DNA from: Clytia hemisphaerica
Lineage: Eukaryota
Reading direction: 5' to 3'
NCBI RefSeq assembly: GCF_902728285.1
Contig: NW_027104280.1
Coordinates: forward strand, 547,995 to 611,994
DNA: 64,000 nucleotides
Made by a program: the position numbers and the translations under genes. Below the pieces are notes generated by a model that was not told the origin of the DNA, ran no database searches, and saw only the letters and a list, made by a program, of their open reading frames with translations. Positions 58,365-64,000 of this stretch are shown in pieces. Position 1 is the stretch's first letter, and each line of letters begins with the position of its first letter.

Positions 58365-60894
58365 GTAAGAACAACATTCATTCATTTCTAAGTTCATACT
58401 ATCCAATATAACTGCCAAATTTATTTCCGCTGATACTTATAAGTTCACCATATAATACAATAGATGATTTATTCTTGAAGTTAAACTCCTCCATTCAAGC
58501 CCTTCTCGTAAAACTGTCAGATATGACAATTTTCACCACATTTGCATTCCAGCATCCCACTAATCCCTCCTGTAAACAATGGCTTTCACTTTCACTTTAG
58601 GGAGGAGGAGAGAAGTGGGAAGACTTGGGTTATAAAGAAGTTAATCTCTGTATTGGAGGTTTCTCCTCTTCCATGACGTCATCACATGGCAAACAGTAAG
58701 TTGGTATTGATAGTTCTATCTAACTCTGTTTTAAACGATTTACAAGCCTTTGACCAATGAGGAAAAACGAATGTTTGCTTTTTAAAGACAAGTCGTGAAA
58801 TTTGATTTTGTTTGCCAAAAGATTATAAAATTTTCGTTGTGACAAAATTTTGATGTCTTGACGAATTGTAATTTGCTTTGTCATGATCTTTCGTTCAACT
58901 TCATCAATACACTGCAAGATCATGGTTTCATGAATCGATACACTGCAGAATCACTTACCCCATACTTATTTTATTTTTCTGTTATGAAAATCTTAATCCC
59001 AATTTACCAAAGTCATTTTAAAAGGTAAGATATTTCTGAGAACGCAAAAATATCGATCATCCTTTTTACCCTCGAGATTACTACACTTTTCAACTTCCAC
59101 TCTACAGATTTCCAAGCTCACCTTCAGCACCAGTGAGGCCGAAACAAAAATTATCAAGACTTCGAAGTTCATCCCAAACTGACGTCCGTGATTTAGCCAT
59201 CAGCGGACTCAGTCTAAACTCTGAAAAATTGGAACTAAACTATAAACCTGTTAGCGAACAAAGGTTTGTTTCTTTGGAAATATTATTTTTATCTTGGAAA
59301 TATTGTAATGTACCTTATCGGGGAAAACTTCGTCGGGGAAAAGTGACGAACTTTTGGACAAGTGACGAATATTTTCCCCGACGAAAATTTTCCCAGGCTT
59401 TAATGCGATTACCAACTACCAGCAAGTGATGAATTTTTCCCCGACGCAAATTTTCCCCGACGAAGTTTTCCCCGATTAGGTAACCTAAATTGTTTAAATT
59501 GTCAATCCAACTAAAACCTGAACACTGTAGTTTTCCCTTCTAGTATAGAATTTCAAATCAACTTACACGCGATCAAACTCTACATTTCCTTCTTCTTAGA
59601 TCTTCAAACGCTTCTACTGCAAGATTTCGATTACCACCGATCGGGAAAACGAGAGGTTTAATCGGAATGTCGGGGAAACATCGGAGTAAAAGTGGGACCG
59701 GGAATCAAACAGAAGAACGGAAGGAAGTGGATGTAAGAAAATGAGATATTCTTTTTCCCCATTGTTTGAAAGTGACTGACGTTTCTCCTATGCTTCGAAG
59801 AAAAATTGTATCAATTTAGAAACCCTAGAGCATGTAATTTCTAGTAGTGTGGTGATCCGAGTTCGATTCCCTCTTTAGTTTTAAGCTTCACTTGGTAGGT
59901 CAATGAAGTGTAGGTCAAGCCATACCATATGATGGAAATTTGGTACCACTACTCACCTTATACATTTTGGTGTATATGGCATTCATCTTATTCTACGCTC
60001 GCAACGGGCTATATGCTCTCCCGCGTTTCGAGTGTCATCACTATGCATCATATAGTATCTGTGTCTCGCGTGCACAGAACCAGCGGTGTCTGGATGGCGC
60101 TATGAATTCCAACTTCAAAAAGGAGGAATTCCTACTTCGAAATGAGTAGGACCCGTTCTCCATCGGCATCGGGGAGGGCTAATATGTATATTTGAAGAAA
60201 TTCATAGAATTTCTATCCAAATATCTTCTTTCAGGAGATTGAATGGCAGAGCAGCATATGCATTTCGCCCTTTTATTGGGACTCATTAGCACTGCATACT
60301 GCATCCTGGCTAGGCAGATCGAATTTATGCTAGGAAATTCGATAAAACTAATTGTGTCGCACACTGAAAGATATATATTTTACAGAAATGTTCTTAACCA
60401 TCTTGTCTTTTTTCAGTTCACCTTATACTCATCACCTCTCAACTCAAGGACGGAAAATCTGCGTTGAGAGAATTTTTAGAATGATCAGAGGTGGAGTGGA
60501 TATCATTTTTTGAGAGAAGTTCTGAATCTTCATTCGAATACCGATAGATCCCATCGAAGAGCTTTGGTTGAACATTATACAGTGCATTGTATCGCAATGA
60601 AGTTTTTTCTTGGAAAGAATTAAACCAAATATCTTTTTAGAAGTTATAATTATTTTTTAAAACCAAATGTACATATATTGAATACGAAATTTATTTTTTA
60701 CATTATTTAAGTTTATATATAAACAATTTCGTGTGTGCGTCAATGAAAAGATAGTAAATAAATCATTAATATATCGTTTTCTTCCCCAAATATCTCCTCC
60801 AGTTATTGACGAATTATTTTGACTGCAGGGGGTGGTGTAGCGTGGGCTTCGATCTCCTAAAAAATGCAACATTTTGAGAAATAGTTAGGAGGAT

Positions 60895-61120
60895 TGGAAT
60901 GTGATGACAATAGACCGTTTCATAAATTACGTCATAAACATCACTTGCCTCGTTTTCAAACAATTGACATGGTGATTATGTCCCTTGAGACATTAAATGT
61001 TTTTTTTATGAATAAAGGTAGTTTTAATAAAATTCGCTGAGAGTTAATCACCTTGACAATAATTTCAAAACGAGGCAAGTGATGTTCCTAACGTAATTTA
61101 TGAAAAGGTCTATTACAGCG
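60895..61120. mobile_element. hairpin MITE (~70 bp inverted arms: ...GACCGTTTCATAAATTACGTCATAAACATCACTTGCCTCGTTTTGAAA...); half-copy at 35260-35340
   Basis: 60905-60975 is the reverse complement of 61040-61115. 35265-35335 shares the same 70 bp. Confidence 0.55.
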
Positions 61121-62811
61121 TTGAATAAAAAAACCTTTTCCAGTGGGCCTCATATTCTAATAAAAATAGTTGGGAATTTATCTGAGCAGTTGCAAAAGTC
61201 TAGGAAAGAAAACAATTTGTTCCTCTTCTTTCGTTCCAGATAGTAGAAAAAATGAACAGAAAAGAAAAAAACATGTTACCCTTGCATCTTGAACCAATGA
61301 GCAACATGGACACAAAAGGTTGGCCAGCAAGTCTGAAGGATACGAACCCTGAACAAGAGAAGAGAAACACAAGATGAAGGTGAGAGAAGAGATGACGCGT
61401 TCATCCAAAATTTCTGAAGCCTTCGGATGTTCTTAACTTTTTGAGTTTCAAGTCTAGAAATGTTCTTATTTTCCCCATTTTTCATGTAATTTTTGTTTAT
61501 TTTCCTAATAAATTGGCTGTTTTCGAGTCCGCGAAGCCCTACAATGTTCTTAACTTGTTCTTAACATTTTGATCATCGAAGCCTCATGTTCTTACATAGT
61601 TTGTTCTTATAAAAAACGTGTATTTTGTTCGCAATTTGTAATATCATACCTACGTTTGTTGGTAATAAATTTAATAGGAACATGTTTGTTTTTGTCAAAA
61701 CCTAAGACTAAAAGATTCTGACATACTCCAATTAAAAGAATAGATGAAAGAATTTGATTTACTCCCCCTACTCCAACTAAATTCTTTATATTGTAAGAAC
61801 AATTTTACGAAAACAATGAGGCTAAAAAAAACGAAAATAAGGACATTGCTGAACCTGGAATGACTGAGTTCTAAGCAGACTAAGCACGATTAAGGGTCAA
61901 ATTAGGGCTATTAAAACTTATAGAAATAGAAACATGACAACCATAAGAACAACTGAGCGTCATAAAGATTTACTAGTTCTCATAGAAAAAAGGAGTACAA
62001 TAGTAACGGACAAAAGGATGTTGTAGACTTTTCAAAAATGCATAAAAAAATTCCAAATAAGCCCTGAAAACCCATTTTTACCAGAGCCAATGTTGTTTTT
62101 ATCGGATTTGGAGAGTTTGGGTAACAAGTCCATAAGCCAAATCCACTCAAGATTGAAGGAAATGAATTTTTGCAAGTTCTTCAGACCTTTTTTTGTCTAA
62201 GATTGAAGGTTTCACTGAGCTTTGCTCTTCAACTTATTCGAGAAGATATCTAATTAGACCATATTTGAGATGGTTTAATAAAAAGTAAACAACTTTTCAG
62301 AGCTGTCTGGTGCACCAAAAAAGTCCAAAAATCACAAGGACTAAAAGCTACATGGAGTGTTAGGAAGCCTGTAGGTGTTTTCTGCCAAATAACCACTTGT
62401 GGTTCATTTGGGAAATTTCCCAAGCGTCAAAAAGGCTTTTTTTTGGCACTATTGAGGAATTTTTGAAAAGTCTACAGACCTTATGTCCATGATTGTAGGT
62501 TCATAAAGTTCATAAAGGTTAATAACATAAAAAATAGTTTTTCCAATGCAGACGTATTTTCTTCCGCTTTTTTAGTAGAGCTTTTTAGTTTTGACACTCT
62601 CCTTTTCTCCATTTTTACTATGAATGATATTTCGACATCTTACGTGTTTCTTCATGAGGATTCCTCCAATCAAAAACGTGTTACGTGTTTACGTAGGAAA
62701 ATAAACAGAAAAAGACCCTCCTGGTGTTTCTGGTATCTAAGGAAGGTTTTCCTAAACTAACGAAATCCCGCCATAGACAACTCAAGAAAGGCGACTTTTA
62801 GGATTGCACTA

Positions 62812-63055
62812 GTACACCCCCTTCTCACAGACCCGGAAGGACAGCCAGTAGCAGTAGGGATGAAAAAAACAGACTGAAACTCGATGGGGATTGATATTCT
62901 CATATTTTTTATCAATCAAGATTTCAATTCTTTTGTTTTAAAAAAAGAAAATCGAGTGGAGATGAGAAAGATAGTAAATGTTTTGCAGTGAGGATTGGTT
63001 TATTTCATTATTTTCAAATGTCTATCAATTTCAATGGTCTGTGAGAAGGGGGTGC
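62812..63055. mobile_element. MITE family A copy 2
   Basis: GTACACCCCCTTCTCACAGACCC ... GGTCTGTGAGAAGGGGGTGCAC with the same TCGATGGGGATTGATATTC interior as 3356-3663. Confidence 0.7.
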
Positions 63056-63405
63056 ACTATTGAATTTGATTGTTAACTCATCCAAAAAACAAACGAAACT
63101 CTTTTTGAAAAACCGAGGTGCGCTTCAGTTTGAGCGGAAAATAAATATGTAATTTGGTGTGTGTTTTACACGACATTGCGATAAACAAAACAATCTTTTA
63201 TCTGATGGAAGTAGGAAGAATTTTCATTCAATGTTCAACATAATAATGGCTGCCACTTTTGACAGAGAAAAGATTTTGTGTATGGTGTTTATTTTACACG
63301 ACAGCAAAACAAACGTAATAGCTTTTCATGAAAAACCACCGAGTTGCAAGGATATAACTTAAGTGGGGGAAGAACATCCATACCACTTAAACTCGGCTAT
63401 TATTC

Positions 63406-63478
63406 ATGATGGACATGCGACTCATTTTGATCACTTTGGCGCTTCAATGGAATGCTCTTTATGGGTTTCCACTTAAAG
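63406..63478 (+). CDS. secreted tandem-repeat protein exon 1 (signal peptide MMDMRLILITLALQWNALYGFPLK)
   Basis: ATG 63406, hydrophobic leader, donor AAAG|GTATTT. Phase 1 out. Confidence 0.5.
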
Positions 63479-63612
63479 GTATTTTGTTGAGTTTTATTTA
63501 ACCAATAAAATGTGTCCATTATAGCTTTTTTTCTTGAAGTATTTTCTCATTATCACAATATCCCACCTCATTGATTGTGATTGAAGATGAATTTGATTTC
63601 TTTGTATTTTTA

Positions 63613-64000
63613 GAAGAAAGTGACGTTCTTCCTGAACTGGAATACCGAGATTTGCTGGTTTCAGGATACATCCCACCTCAAAACGACACTTCGGACGTCT
63701 ACTTACCATCTCAACAAAAAGACGATTTGCTAGTTTCAGGATACATCCCACCTCAAAACGACCCTTCGGACGTCTACCTACCATCTCAACAAAAAGACGA
63801 TTTGCTAGTTTCAGGATACATCCCACCTCAAAACGACCCTTCGGACGTCTACCTGCCATCTCAACAAAAAGACGATTTGCTAGTTTCAGGATACATCCCA
63901 CCTCAAAACGACCCTTCGGACGTCTACCTACCATCTCAACAAAAAGACGATTTTGCTAGTTTCAGGATACATCCCACCTCAAAACGACCCTTCGGACGTC
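63613..64000 (+). CDS. secreted tandem-repeat protein exon 2 (3' partial): EESDVLPELEYRDL then >=4 exact 25-aa repeats LVSGYIPPQNDPSDVYLPSQQKDDL
   Basis: Acceptor tttttag at 63611-63612. 75-bp DNA period equals 25 codons. Frame is open to the window end, so it is absent from the ORF track. The minus-strand ORF 63494..63934 is its antisense shadow. Confidence 0.55.

Noticed and set aside
63494-63934. 146-aa minus-strand ORF with repeated RRPKGRFEVGCILKLANRLFVEM
   Set aside because: It is antisense to the plus-strand 25-aa repeat gene. The plus strand has the signal-peptide exon and a phase-matched splice. The minus frame is open only because of repeat periodicity.

Overview
The window is eukaryotic nuclear DNA from an AT-rich metazoan, almost certainly an invertebrate. 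Genes are interrupted by GT-AG introns that are phase-consistent, and the ORF track (which accepts TTG/GTG starts) therefore misses most real gene structure. The sequence alone does not fix the lineage, and there is no prokaryotic operon or defense-island structure.

Gene content, start to end:
- (a) A large DDX60-like Ski2/DExH helicase gene on the + strand. Its first exon here is open in frame back to position 1, so the 5' end lies upstream of the window. About 8 exons are visible through ~8089.
- (b) A ~5.1 kb foldback-type inverted-repeat structure (9040-14160). Its arms are built from two different tandem satellites.
- (c) A 17-exon extended-synaptotagmin-like gene (E-Syt: TM hairpin, SMP domain, C2 domains) at 16540-28825 (+).
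- (d) Two intronless Shaker/Kv1-type voltage-gated K+ channel genes in convergent orientation (29960-31087 + and 31190-32257 -). Their stop codons are ~100 bp apart.
- (e) A two-exon gene (-) for a secreted protein with a signal peptide, a His-rich stretch, a very acidic Asp/Glu-rich body and a Thr-rich mucin-like tail (35886-37235).
- (f) An intronless rhodopsin-class GPCR (39011-40261, -).
- (g) A ZSWIM2/MEX-like SWIM-RING-ZZ E3 ligase gene (53758 to at least 58364, +).
- (h) The first two exons of a secreted protein made of exact 25-aa tandem repeats (63406 to window end, +).

Between and inside the genes lie many non-autonomous DNA-transposon-like elements (MITEs with clear TIRs, a nested TE cluster at ~42985-48850), two LINE 3' fragments, a second ~2 kb foldback element rich in CACGTG E-boxes, a ~470 bp tandem duplication, and microsatellites. 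Introns, E-Syt and ZSWIM2 establish that this is a eukaryotic genome.

The most interesting items are the convergent minimal Kv pair, the secreted acidic/His-rich/Thr-rich protein, the secreted 25-aa-repeat protein, the satellite-armed foldback elements, and the DDX60-like antiviral-helicase homolog.

Coordinates are from manual reading and may be off by 1-2 nt. There is a 1-nt discrepancy between my reading of the sequence and the ORF track near 4740-4800.
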